Source: Hyphochytrium catenoides (lineage: Eukaryota > Protista > Hyphochytriomycota). From it: DNA of 64,000 nucleotides. Location of the stretch: positions 98,871-162,870 of the forward strand of contig FLMG01000787.1 in NCBI GenBank assembly GCA_900088475.1, given 5' to 3'. The notes under the pieces are model-generated. The model was not told where the DNA came from, did not search any database, and saw only the letters and a program-made list of their open reading frames with translations. The position numbers and the translations under genes were made by a program. Positions 24,301 to 37,100 of the stretch are shown here, in pieces. Numbering within the stretch: position 1 is the stretch's first letter; each line of letters starts with the position of its first letter.

Positions 24301-24732
24301 CATCGATAAAGTCGGGGAAGATGCTCTTATAGTTGCGCTTGAATGACTCCGTGGTATGCGGAGAGAGCAAGTCCAGCAACTCCAGCAGATCAGCCTGCAC
24401 CTCTGTCACTCCACGCATAAGGAAATACGTTGACCGCTCACCGGAGCTTGATGTGCGAGTCAGTATCGCCTTGGAGATAGTTACGGATTTCTTGTCCTGT
24501 ATATGCAAGCAGTCACTGGGTTAATATCTATTCCCCTCGACTATTTGGGAGGGATACCGGTCTATAGGACTACCTCGACAAAGAGCCATTGTATGGACGG
24601 ATCATTGCTATTCAGGCGGACAAACTGTTGAGCCTTCGTTCTCATATGGCTTCTGTACTTAGAGTGCTCCTCGGGCGAGATCCCGGCCTTGGGCGGCACA
24701 GCCAAACTGGAGCTCGACTCTGCTCTACGCAT
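21304..24732 (-). CDS. START/SRPBCC-like + FYVE zinc finger + low-complexity/coiled-coil + C-terminal PUB-like domain protein, multi-exon
   Basis: Exons with MRGVTEVQADL, SLKWAAY...RDFVYLE and GFIRGQIHRTGFIL resemble oomycete-type START-like domains. FYVE motifs WVPD, RHHCRSCG and RVCTAC are present. A phase-0 intron at 23276-22975 joins this part to the long final exon ending at 21304. Confidence 0.8.
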
Positions 24733-25809
24733 CGCTTTAACAGTCCAGTGCGTAGGTCTTCTCTGATCAGTTGTAGGCAACAGTCGTAGGCTACGTCATA
24801 ATAATTATCTATGCCAGCCAGCAGAAAGTGAACGATAATCGATCTAATTGCACCCACGATGGCCGAAGTTTCACGGCTTGTTGTTGGAGTTGCGCTACGA
24901 AGGATGGGAGCTCTGCAAAGGAAGACAACGAAGAGCCTAACCGTCCACCCACTGTGGAAGCGAGGGTGGTACTATGTGTGCGGAGCTGAGCTGGCGCCCG
25001 GCTACTCTCGTCTGGCGCAAGTTATATCGCTTGAATCAACAGATCATCTCGTCTTCCTCTTGTCGCCTTGCCTGTCTCGCCTCCTCTTTTCTTCCCCCCA
25101 TCTTCCCAGGAGACTAGATTCTTAGCCTTCCTCGTCTTCTCTCTCCCTCCTCGTTCTTCTCTCTTCCTTGCATCTGCCTGGCGTCTTCGCGTCGCTCGAA
25201 AGTGAAGGTTCAACGCCGGCAGCAGCAGCAGCGGATGAGAGAGAGGAGAGAGGAAGGACTTCATGCTCCAGAGCCACAGAAACGATTGAAGCGGGACGTG
25301 TGGTTTTGTCCATTAGTCTGAGGTTATGCGCTATAATATGTGTGAGGCTGTTTGCAGTATGGAGGATTAGTAGAGTGAGTGAGAGAGAAAAGGACATGAG
25401 TTTGGAGGCTGCATTGTACTTTCGACATTGTCCTGTTTCGTAGCCGCATCCACAGAACTGTACTAATTTCGAATAAGATGACTTTTGTGCAGGATGGGAA
25501 CGCATGGCGGGTGTAACGGCCGAAGTGCACTTGTGGTGTGATCGGGACGAGCCAACCGACATACACCTCCTTTCCTTTGTCACTTGGACCTGGTCTCAGA
25601 GAGCCCAGCTTATCTCCAAACATCAACTTGTACTTGTAGTAACAATGAGCCACCAGAAAGAAGCGCAGTTGCAATGTTGATCGAGGTCGCAGAAAGGTCA
25701 AGAATCGTATTGCTGCTAAGCCCACAACGAACGACGCTGGTAAGCCGTGTAAGCGTTCTCCTCTCCCCTGACTGCTTGAAGAGATTGTGCTGGTACTCGC
25801 TTCCCCTCT

Positions 25810-26005
25810 TCTGGCGTCACCACTACTACCATCATTGCATTGCCGCTCCGCCGCCTCCTAGCGCCTTTTTGCGGCGGCAACCTCTGGCGTCATCACCACA
25901 CCATTGCCCCACCTCTCATCATCTACCTCTTCTTGCGTCAGGGTCATCTGGCGTCACAACCATTGCCGCGACGGCCACCCATCTAGCTCCTTTCTTGCGT
26001 CGACC
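25810..26005. repeat. Degenerate tandem repeat, 3 units of ~65-73 bp
   Basis: TCTGGCGTCA at 25810, 25883 and 25947, each followed by CATTGCC and a CTA(G)C..TT(C)TTGCG-like block. Confidence 0.6.
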
Positions 26006-28731
26006 ATCTCCATCGGAGAACGACAGTAGTGTTGTCGCTACTGAACCTGGTTATCGGATAGAGTTCATAAGTACTCAGTCCACCCTTAAAGTCATAACCT
26101 TACTGTTATGCTAATGCTCTACGAACGTATTGTCAAGGACGAGATCACTTAAGGTACTGCTCTATGGCATGAGACTCGGATGATTAGGAGACCAAGAGCT
26201 AAGCTGTAGAACCTAAATAAAGAGACAAGAAAGAACACAGACTCCTCCTGGCGCTAAGTCTACGAAGCGTAGTCCTGAGCTAATTCGTGTCTTTCATCTC
26301 TTCGTTTGTTTCTCTTCTCTTCTTCGTCGATTATCTCTCTTTTTCGATAACCATAGAGTCTCTCTCTCGCTTTAACACTCCCTGCGAGCTTTCTTCTTGT
26401 CTTCTCTCTCTCTGTCCCTTCTCTCTGTCGCTCTTTCCTCTTCTTTCCCAGTAGCTTCCCTTTTTCCCTCCTGTTGCTGAAGAGATAAAGTCAGAAAAGA
26501 ACTGAGTGAAGATATTCTCTGCAACCTTTGTATCAAAGGAGGCGCGACCAACTAACATGATGAAGTAGTAAAGTCTATTGACTCTGTAACAAGCACGTGG
26601 ATCTTGCACAACGGTATAACGAACATTTAGTTGGCCGAAAGACGGAAGATGGGAAACTGGTGACGGTCGACTGTTAACCTTGTTGAAAGAAAAGGGTGGA
26701 TGTACCATCTTTGATTGAGAATGGCTATCTGGTCTGCATGTAGTAACGCACTGTCCACGGCCTTCCAGGAACACTGACGCAGTTGTGCTTGCTCGCAACA
26801 GACCCGCCGGCAGGGACATAACTGTTCCACTGGAGTTGCGATGAGCAACACCTGTTTATGCCTGGCATAAGAGTGGGCCCTCTTGTGGCTGCTTCAACTA
26901 AGGTGACTGTAGTCAACAGCTTCGGGATATCATCAGGCCTCTACTTCAATATCGCCCAAGGCGTTCTCAAGCAGGAAGATGCAGCACCTTTGGTCATCTG
27001 AAGCTTATCTATCAAAGAGTAATGGCCGGCACGAATGAAGTCGCGAAAGAAAGAGCAGGGTTTACTTATTCCCGTAGCTCTAGTGAGTCCGTTGGCTAAT
27101 CGAGGATAGTCTCGGGGGCGAATTAGTATGGGGACACACTTATCGTCTGCCAAGATGGGAAGTGAACTATTCTTCAATTGAAAAGATTACGCAGCACAAA
27201 CACAGCAGGCAACAGTTGGCCAGGACTATTTTTCCCTTAATGTTCATAAACCACCTGTCTACAGCGCCGCAAAGTGCTGCTAGATATGAACAGGCCCTTG
27301 ATCTGTACTGGGACCAATAACTGCCCAAGCTTTCGGCCTGCAATGGCTGGGTATGGGCATCAGCATCCATGGAAATAGCACATCGGAACAAGTGTGTTGT
27401 TGCCGACCACTCCCTTCCATCACGCATATTCATATCGAGCTTGGCAGCAGCAACACCCATAGATGAGGATAGTACTGAGAAGCATTCGCCACTGCCTCCT
27501 TCTAGTTTCTTAATAGTTTCTTAATGAGTGTCCCAGAGCATTGTGTTGACAAGCCGATAAGGCGGAAGTTTAGTAGTAGAGACCCTACCGGTCAGCAGAA
27601 CAATATTATCCACTCTCAACCAACAAGTGATCTCATCCAGTGCTGAATAGAGCAGCGTAGAAGGAGTTCAGATGCGCCGCGGAGCCGCGGAGCTTGAAGC
27701 GCGAGCATGATTAGTAGTCCAGGCACGAAGGAGCTGTGAGTGCAAAGAGGAGGATGGTGAACTCTTCTTATTTGAGTCCGTTCGAGGAAGGAATGGGGAG
27801 GGAGTTACAAAACCGGAAGTGAGGATCAACAATAATTGATAATCATTAACACGCTGGAAATGTTTCAAGGTAAGCTTCAGCTGCAATATTGATGTACTAG
27901 CGCTATCATGTGCCATGAAAAATCCCTGCATTCGTGGAAAATAACTCGAGGGAGAAAGAGACGTTGGAAAAGTTCATGAAATGACCAAGATTCACAAGGT
28001 AGAAAGACAGAGCAGCCTGAGCTAATGCCCTATCTAATAAGAATCCCTACGTTGGGGAGACAGAGTGAGGATGAGATATGAGGTGCAAGAGAACCAAGAA
28101 GGAAGGAAGCCTTGCAAAGCAAAAATAAGGGTTTCAGCAGAGAACTCGAGAGCAGGGAGGACGAGGGAGAGGTGGGTTTGCTGATTACCTGATAAGTCCT
28201 AACATCGCGATACACCCACATCTTTCGGGATGCGATGAGACGGCTACTGTCAATCTCTATGGGTCGCACGCAGCACGGATCTGCAATGTGCAGCCAAACT
28301 CTATCGCCATCTCCATGAGCTTCAGCAGTCACTGCTGCATCTTATCTACGTTGACCCGGGCCGCTCGATATAAATAGAGCACGGTTGACTCGGAGGCGTA
28401 AGGTACTTCTGTCATCAGCACTGGAAAGGTTGTGAGAGCTTCTGTCCAAGGGAAGTCGTGTCGTCTTCCCAAGCGCTAAGGTATAGGCAATCAAGAATTT
28501 TCTTCCCTAAAGTGTGTTGGCTGAGGTACATTGGCAGCAGCCAGTAGGTCTCTGACCCAATAAGACACAGAGAGGCAGGTAAAGAGGAGATGCTCTCTAA
28601 CCTTACCCTCTCTATTCAAGTTTCCAGTCAATGGTCTGACTTCCTGATCCCGTATTATAGCACCTAGCTCCAGGCCGCGATCCATTAAAACCACTCCCCA
28701 TAAGAACAACGCGCCTCTATCCAGCACAGCT

Positions 28732-29702
<971 letters not shown>

Positions 29703-29995
29703 AACCCTGTATCATTTTGGCTCTTTTCAGATCATATGTTAATAATAGCTAATAACGATCCAGCTATACCACATCTGCCCTTCTATCAAACCTATGCTGT
29801 CATCGGTTAGCGACTGACGGCCGGTTTGACGTGTCATCCTTTCCTCCTTTGTAAAGCTCCATCGGTTAGTGATTGTACTCTGCGGAGTCTTACTTTTGAT
29901 GTACATTACTGAGGGATGTCTGCTTTCATCTCTTAGACAGGTCGCCTAATCAACGCAATTCTCCTGCTCTGGCACATTACTTCGCAAGGCTTCTA

Positions 29996-32526
29996 CTAGT
30001 TTAGCATGCCAGCTTCATTGACAGCGACGTCAGACAAGTAACACCTACTATTCGCAGCGCATATCATCGCCGAGTCAATGCCGAGTCTTCTGGGGTTTGA
30101 ATACCAGCCTTCCATATCCTAACGGAGTTATCTTTGGCTGCCGTCATTAGCCTATCCCCAGCATAGTTGAACGTGCTTTGAAAGACCTCGTCTTTATGGC
30201 CTTCCAATACCTAGATGGCAGATATAGAGTCAGGCCATTAAAAGGCCATAAGGAAGCTGAGTTTAGGTGAAGAAGCAGTATAGCTGATGGTAAGAAAGCC
30301 CAAGCAACAAACTTTAAGTCCAACATGCCCAGTCATTCACTCTAACGACCTCCTTCTCAAACTACCTCCTCATAAACACCTTAATAACTTCTTGAGTAGG
30401 GTACTTCGCGTCAAGCACAAGGTTCACTATGTCCTGACCTGGGAGCATTGTCCTGAGCCTAGATCCCAAAGTCGAGCGGTTGCGTCCATTGAAGAACTAA
30501 CCAGGCGCGTGCCCTGAGAGTTGAAGGCTACATGACTCACAGACGCCTCATGTCCTTCGAGAGAGAAAGCCTTTCTGCCCGTGAGAGTGTCATAAATGAA
30601 GACATGACCATCCGCTCCCCCAGACGCGAGCCGAGAACCACTAACGTTGAAACAGGCAAAATTGACCTCGTCTGCATGATCCGAGAAGCAGAGAAGCTCT
30701 TCACCTCTCCTAAGGTCCCATAGTCTAACGCTTTGGTCAGCACTGCTGCTGAGAAGAAGTGTGCCTTCATAGTTGAACTCTATATTCGAAATCTCATCCG
30801 TATGGCCAAATAGGGCCTTCGTCATGGCACCTAGGCAGCGATTGGGCCGTAGATAGAAGAAAGAACGAGAAGGGCAAGGCAAACTTCATCAGACAAAGGC
30901 CGAAGACAAACTCGTGAAAGTGTTAGGTAACAGGAAGATCCTGAGGAGCCTGAGAAGGAGCATAAGTTCGGTCAGAAACCTAAACACCTTCCAAATGCTC
31001 CGATAAGGAGCCAAACCGCTCTGATACTAGCTCAAAGTGTACACTAGGGAGATATAGGCCTGCGTTGGGCCGCTAGAAGTTAGTCTTCTTACCAGTGCGC
31101 AAATCCCAGAGCCTCACAGTCTCGTCACAGCTGCCGGTACCTACAAGTTTGCTTTGCCTGTCATACGCTCCGCAGGAGACCTCTCCCCCATGTTCTCCCA
31201 GCTGATAGAGGGCCTCTCCAGTGTCTACATCCCAAATAATGGCGGACTCATCGGTTGAGCAAGAGAGAAGACTCCGTCCTTCTTGGGGCTCGAAGGACAG
31301 TGCGACAACTTCTCCTTCGTGGCCGTGGAGAGTGTGCAAGTGCTTCCCATCTTTCGCACTCCATAGTCGACACGTCTTGTCGAAAGATCCCGAAGCCAAG
31401 AGCGATCCGAAGGGGTTGTTAAACGCAACTGCAAATACGGCGTTTCCATGCCCAGAGAGCGTGAAGAGTTCATCTTGTCTGGCTCAGATATATGACACAA
31501 GAGAGAATAGGTGAACACTTGTCGACGAATCTTTATTAGGAAAAAGAGTAGGGAGAATGTGAAGAAGAGAAATGAAGACAAAGGATTTTTGAGAAGGGGT
31601 GGAAATCGCGTCGGTGGAAAGACCACAGTCACTATGTCACCCTTCCCATGGTACTCTCTATCAAAGTCCTCCTTACCTACCTTTCCTTTGCTACGCAGTC
31701 GTAAAGCTTACAAGTGCGGTCATAGCTGGCGGTCGCCAGTAGAGTTCCCGCCTTGTTGATAGCGAAGTTAGTCATAGGCAGATTATGGTTCTGGACTTTC
31801 TTGGCGAAGATAAATTCTGTCCTTAGAGCAGGAGTCTGTCTACGAAGTAGATAGAGGCAGACAGGAGAATAATGCAGGAACGAAGGTCAGAGAACTATTC
31901 CGAGAGATGTTGTCTCTGAGCGGACCGAGCTATTGGTGCTTCTTGTTGCTGATCTCTCTTCTCTCACCTTCAACTCGTTGTTCATACCCTTATTCTAGTC
32001 TCAGTTCATTTGGAAAGACTAGTAGCTCCGAGCCCCTGCCCTTCTTGACTATCCAGCCTTCTTCCCTTATATATCCTTCTAACTACATCGCGCGTCCCAC
32101 TTTAAACATCCCACTCTTGTCCATTGCCAGTGTCAAATAACGCTCTCCAGCTGAGTTGAACCTAGCCCACTAAGAGAGCCAGATGACCCTATTCGTCTGC
32201 GCTGGTCTCTTGTTGACTCGTCTTACTAAATGTTTGCTACCACCACCACTCCTCTCTAAAAAGCACTTCACTTCTATCTTCATCTTGTTCCCCGTTCAAA
32301 GTTACCTCATCTTCAGCTTCGTGACAATCGACTCAAGCTTGTGCCTCTTGGTCTGACTAAGCAGCGGTTCGTCGTTCATGATCTTAGTCACAAGCATCGG
32401 AACATTCGTCTCTGGTCCTAGGTTTAGCAGGTCAACCCACTTGCGCTGTTCCTCTCCTGAGCGGAGGCGGTACTCAAGGCATATGCCAGGAGGATAGTAC
32501 CGAATATAGTACTTTGTGAGCCTCAT
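29996..32526 (-). CDS. DAW1: Dynein assembly factor with WD repeats 1 (DAW1/WDR69/ODA16), multi-exon
   Basis: Diagnostic N-terminus [19 protein letters not shown]...[10 protein letters not shown]...EPLL, then 8 WD repeats ([67 protein letters not shown]...KDNSVRIW). The stop is tentative because the C-terminal extension may be spliced differently. Confidence 0.88.
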
Positions 32527-33349
32527 CCTTCAAGAGAATCAGTTAGGACATTCTTCCACGCTTCTGCATTTGCCTTGGAACCTTAAGCTGGCGACATACG
32601 GCTTCAGTCCCTCTCACGGCCACTACCACATCTCAGTCCATTGCCCTCTGAGTCGGAAAGCGTTTGATAGAGTTATCGCCGCGGAAACGCTCCTCCTATC
32701 GTCCCGAGCTCTGCTCATCACATGCTCTGGACCTTATTATGAAGACGGAGTCCGTTAGATGGGCCGCTCTTCATGTAATACTAGTGAACCTCAAGACTGC
32801 CAGGCATTAAAGAACCTGAATGCTTATCCAGGACTTGATCGCCCTAGAGCACCTACTCTCCCACATTCGCAGCTCACCCGATGCGTGGGCTTGCAAGTGG
32901 CAAGGCAAACGTTCACAGCAGAGGGGTGAGGTCTAGCGTGAGGCTACACAGGGTTCGGAGAGTCCGGTCAAGCCCTAAGACGCGAGGTCAGGAGAGAAGC
33001 GGAAGTGCAGCAGTCGGAGGGAGCACTCTGTGTAACCTTTCGACCTCAATTATCAAGACTGTTTGGTAATCCCGGGATCACCGAGAATAAGATGAAGTGA
33101 AAATAATTAGAACAACCGAAAGTACATATTTGTTATCTTCGGTCGCTGGTGCTGTTGAGGAGGAAGAACCTTCTCTTTCTGATGAGGATCGCCTGTTCTA
33201 CTACTCCCAAGTTTCTTCTTTCTCACCCTGTGAAGCCGCTTGGCAGCGCTCTTATGCAACTTAGCAGAGTGACAAGGTAAAGATGTCACTACTTCCTCTG
33301 CGCCGCCCTTTCAGACAGATCTGAAGCACAGAGTAAGGAGCCTGAGTCC

Positions 33350-33856
33350 ATGAGCCATCCGGTAGACAGACAAGAAAGGACTAACCGAAGACTAGGAGGA
33401 CTACAAAGCTGGCTCTCAGAGACGGGCACCATGGATTCCCCTTCTCTTCTACTCGGCATGCAGCCAACGGCCTCAACCGCCACACAACAGACCAAGCGCA
33501 GTCCTATAACAACGCATATATTAGATACCAGTGCCGGCCGCCCAGCCGCCAACGTTCGTGTGAAGCTTGAACAGCGAAGCGGACCAGCGGAGAGAGAGAT
33601 CTGGGCATCCGTAGGCGAAGATATTACCAATGCTGACGGCCGCATTCAAGAGCTTTGTCCACCAAACTGGAAGCTACAGGCGGCGGTCTATCGTCTAACT
33701 TTCTATACTGAGCCTTATTTTGCGGCCCAACAAGTAACGTCCTTCTACCCCATCGTCCAGATATGCTTCGCGGTAGCTAGCCATCAAACCGCAGAGCACT
33801 TCCATGTCCCTCTCCTACTGAATCCTTTTGGCTACTCCACCTATCGAGGGAGCTAA
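33350..33856 (+). CDS. URAH: 5-hydroxyisourate hydrolase (transthyretin-like protein), intronless
   Basis: Motifs ITTHILDTSAGRPA, TNADGRI, SFYP and HFHVPLLLNPFGYSTYRGS (C-terminal YRGS signature). Confidence 0.93.
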   Translation: MSHPVDRQERTNRRLGGLQSWLSETGTMDSPSLLLGMQPTASTATQQTKRSPITTHILDTSAGRPAANVRVKLEQRSGPAEREIWASVGEDITNADGRIQELCPPNWKLQAAVYRLTFYTEPYFAAQQVTSFYPIVQICFAVASHQTAEHFHVPLLLNPFGYSTYRGS

Positions 33857-34191
33857 GAGCGCTATAGGCCACTTCTAAGGGCAAGGGACTCTTTTTGAAG
33901 ATGCTGAGGGGATGAGCTGGAGAGGAATCCCAATATAGGGCAGTCAATAGAAGCCAGTCCTGTATATGGCGAAGAAGAGACGGACCGCTCTGACAGAAAG
34001 AAAGAGCACTTCCAGAGTTACTGGGAGCAAGTCATGTCCGTGTAGAGTAGATGCGGGAGGAGAGATCATGCCGAGAAGATAAGACCAAGGCATTTATGAA
34101 TAAATATTTAGCGTTACCAGGTGCCTCCATGGCTGAGCACGTTAAGGCCCTAAGAAGTATGGCCCAGTGACTAGCATAATGGCGGTCGGCC

Positions 34192-37100
34192 TTAAAGAAG
34201 ACTCGCGGAGCTCTTCTGGCGAAGGACTCCTTTCTCGTCTATGAAGAGCGAAGACAAGAGCTCCATCCCCATCATCAGTCGCGTGGACAAAGAAGGAGCG
34301 GGATCGAATGAGGGATCTGTATGGAAGAAACTGCTGACATCTGACGCTGCAAGAGTGAGAGACAGTGGGCGGGAAGCGGCCCCTCGTGGTGCTTTCCTCG
34401 AAACAGGAAATGCCTGGTGGTGAACAGTGGCAAGCGCGTCATCGGTGTACTTAGTTCAAGAGAGACGGCATGGCAAGGTTAAGGACTAAATAACGTGACA
34501 GAAAGAGTAAAGGCTTTGGGGCTCAGCCAACAAAACCCTGTGAATGTGGAACTGCAAGGGAGGGAGCACTTTGACCGTACAAAGAAGTCGGAGAACGGAT
34601 CATACCTCAATGATCCAGTCATTCTGGTACGAAAGAGATCCTCTAACGCAGTAATAAGCGCCGCGAGACGGGAGAAGTGCGTCGCTTTTAGAGATATGAG
34701 GTATGCTGGCGACAGTCTCAAAAAGGAAAAGGCATTGTGTTCTTCCTCTAACGGTTAGGGTCAGTTCTCCCAGTTCCTGCCCTTGAGGAGAATAGCAAAG
34801 GTCTAGGTGCTTGACAACGGCTTCCTGGATATTCTTCCGTACAGTGTGCGCCAGAATGGCGTCAAGAGGATTTGAAGCTGAGCGAGGAGACGGAAGGCCC
34901 ATAGATGGCCCTTCTCTTAATGTTTGGTGCTTCCATTGCTCTATCAGTAGTCTATCAAAGACTAGCTGGAGGGTCTTCGTCTCCCCTTCGGTCAGCCGCT
35001 GATTGACTTTCTCAATAAAATTGACTAGAGATCCAGCAGCAGTGGATGTCGAATCGCTTGAAGACGGACGAGGGGAGGAAGGCGACGAGTCCGCCGCTTC
35101 AATCCTCAAGGGCGGGTGGATTTCCAGTAGATACTCAGAGATGCTAGACCTCTCTTTGACAACGACTCGTGCGCGTACTCTGCCTTCATCTTCTCTTCTT
35201 AAACCGTCCTCAGTACTTATGCACCGGAAGAGGAGGGAGATGTCTTCTTCAAGAACGAAGTCACCTCGAAGGAGGAAAATGGGCCAAGGTCCTTCTTGCC
35301 TACCATCTTGGCTGGGGATAAGGTTCTCACTCATCATCGCGAAGACGTCCTAAGGGGAAAGAAGGAAGACATCAGATGTAGAGTGAATAAGGCAACCTCT
35401 AAGGCCGACGGAGGCTATATTTGGAGAACTCCTATCGCATAAACGTCACCGAACTGAGAGTGAAGTCCTGTAACGGCAGTAAGACGGTAACAAGAAGAAT
35501 CAAGGACAAGCTACAAAGTCATGAAGCAGGGTCACGTCAGGAGCTCAAGCATAGTCTCACCTGAGGTGTGGATGGTTGGGGTCTCGGTGCTATAGCTCTA
35601 GAAAGTGAATGCTCGGAAGGCAGAAGCAGCTGCTCTAGAGAGGAATGGCATAGTAGGATTCTCCGGGACAGACCGTTGAGTGTCATTGCAGTCTTATCCT
35701 GCAGACAACATTGATTGACAGTCAATAACGAAGACGGAAAAGAGACAGCAAGAAGACATTTTAGCGGCCGAGGCCCATCAGAGCAACTACCAACCGCTAT
35801 TCGTAATGAGTCCATGTTGTTAGAGTTTGACGACCAAACACAATAGAGTAGCATTTCAGAAGCTAGCTTCAAGGGACCATAGAGTCGATCAATCGGGGGA
35901 GGATGACACCCGTTCGTGGCGACATTACCCGGTTTGGAGCAAAGAGTGCTCTCGATGGTCTTCGAGTCTTGTTCCCGCCTTTAGCGCTTTTGACGGGCCC
36001 GAAAGAGACGTGGATGGCGCCGCCCAATTGATGCAGGAGGACCGGAACGCGTCCTTCTTCAGTTTCTACCTTCGACTGAAAGACTCGAGATGACGCGTCC
36101 GAAAGCTTTTCAATAATCTTCGAGCAGAATACGTTCGATGGAGGCATAAGGGAGAGGAGACGAGTGAATAGTTAGAGGACGGCACTGAGGAATGTATCAG
36201 CAGGAAGCACTGTGATACATTATATGGAGAGACAGGAGTCAAGAAGCTGGCCCCTCAAATGCTAATTCAAGTCTTCATCAGGAGAGGATTCTGAGCTGAA
36301 GGAGCAATATGGTGCACTCTTTGGATCTCGTCTTACCCTCTCGACATAGAATGTCGTTCTATTGGTATTCGTCACTTCAAATGTGGAGAGGTAGATGCCC
36401 TCTCCTATTGATCCTTCTCTCTGCAAGAGCTCATCGCGCCTTATAACGTTCATGCCAGACGCGCGAATGAACCGCTGCATTGGCTCAAGTATCATCTTCA
36501 ACACCTATATCACAAAAGTAAACAAGAGGCAAGCGGTTAGCAGTGGTACTTTGCCTCTCACACCTCCCAGCGCGGCCCTTCCTTCCTTATTCCTCCGACT
36601 TTGTCTTCAATTTAATCCTTTTCGGTGATACTCTATGGACTGTCGGACTCAGCCTCTTACCTCTTCTACAGCCATCGCAAACGTATGACTGGGAATGTAT
36701 TCATCTCGCTCTACCATTTCGGCAACTCTCTTTTTTATGTCTCTCCTCATCCCTTGCGAGATATTGATCTCACTCTTAGCACCATCTTGGATGAACTCGG
36801 AGCAGAGAGCAACGGCAAGCTGAATTCTCCGCTTCTTATCTCGGCACTTGAAAAATTTTTCGAGTTCGGAGAGAAAGACAACGTTCTCTCCCGAAAACTC
36901 TTTGTCTAAGAACTAGAATAAAATGTTCTTAGTGAAACGATGACTGATAAGCCTTGGAAGAAAGCGCATAGAAGAAAGAGTAGAACGTGGAGGCGGGAAG
37001 AGCCTTCGCAACAAGACGAGAAGAAGCTTACTTCGACGACCTTACTACGCTTACCATTTTAAACTCTTCCCTGAAGAGTGCGTCCTTTGACCTAATAATA

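Noticed and set aside
25810-26005. CRISPR-like array
   Set aside because: Eukaryotic context, only three degenerate units, similar 'spacers' and no cas genes.
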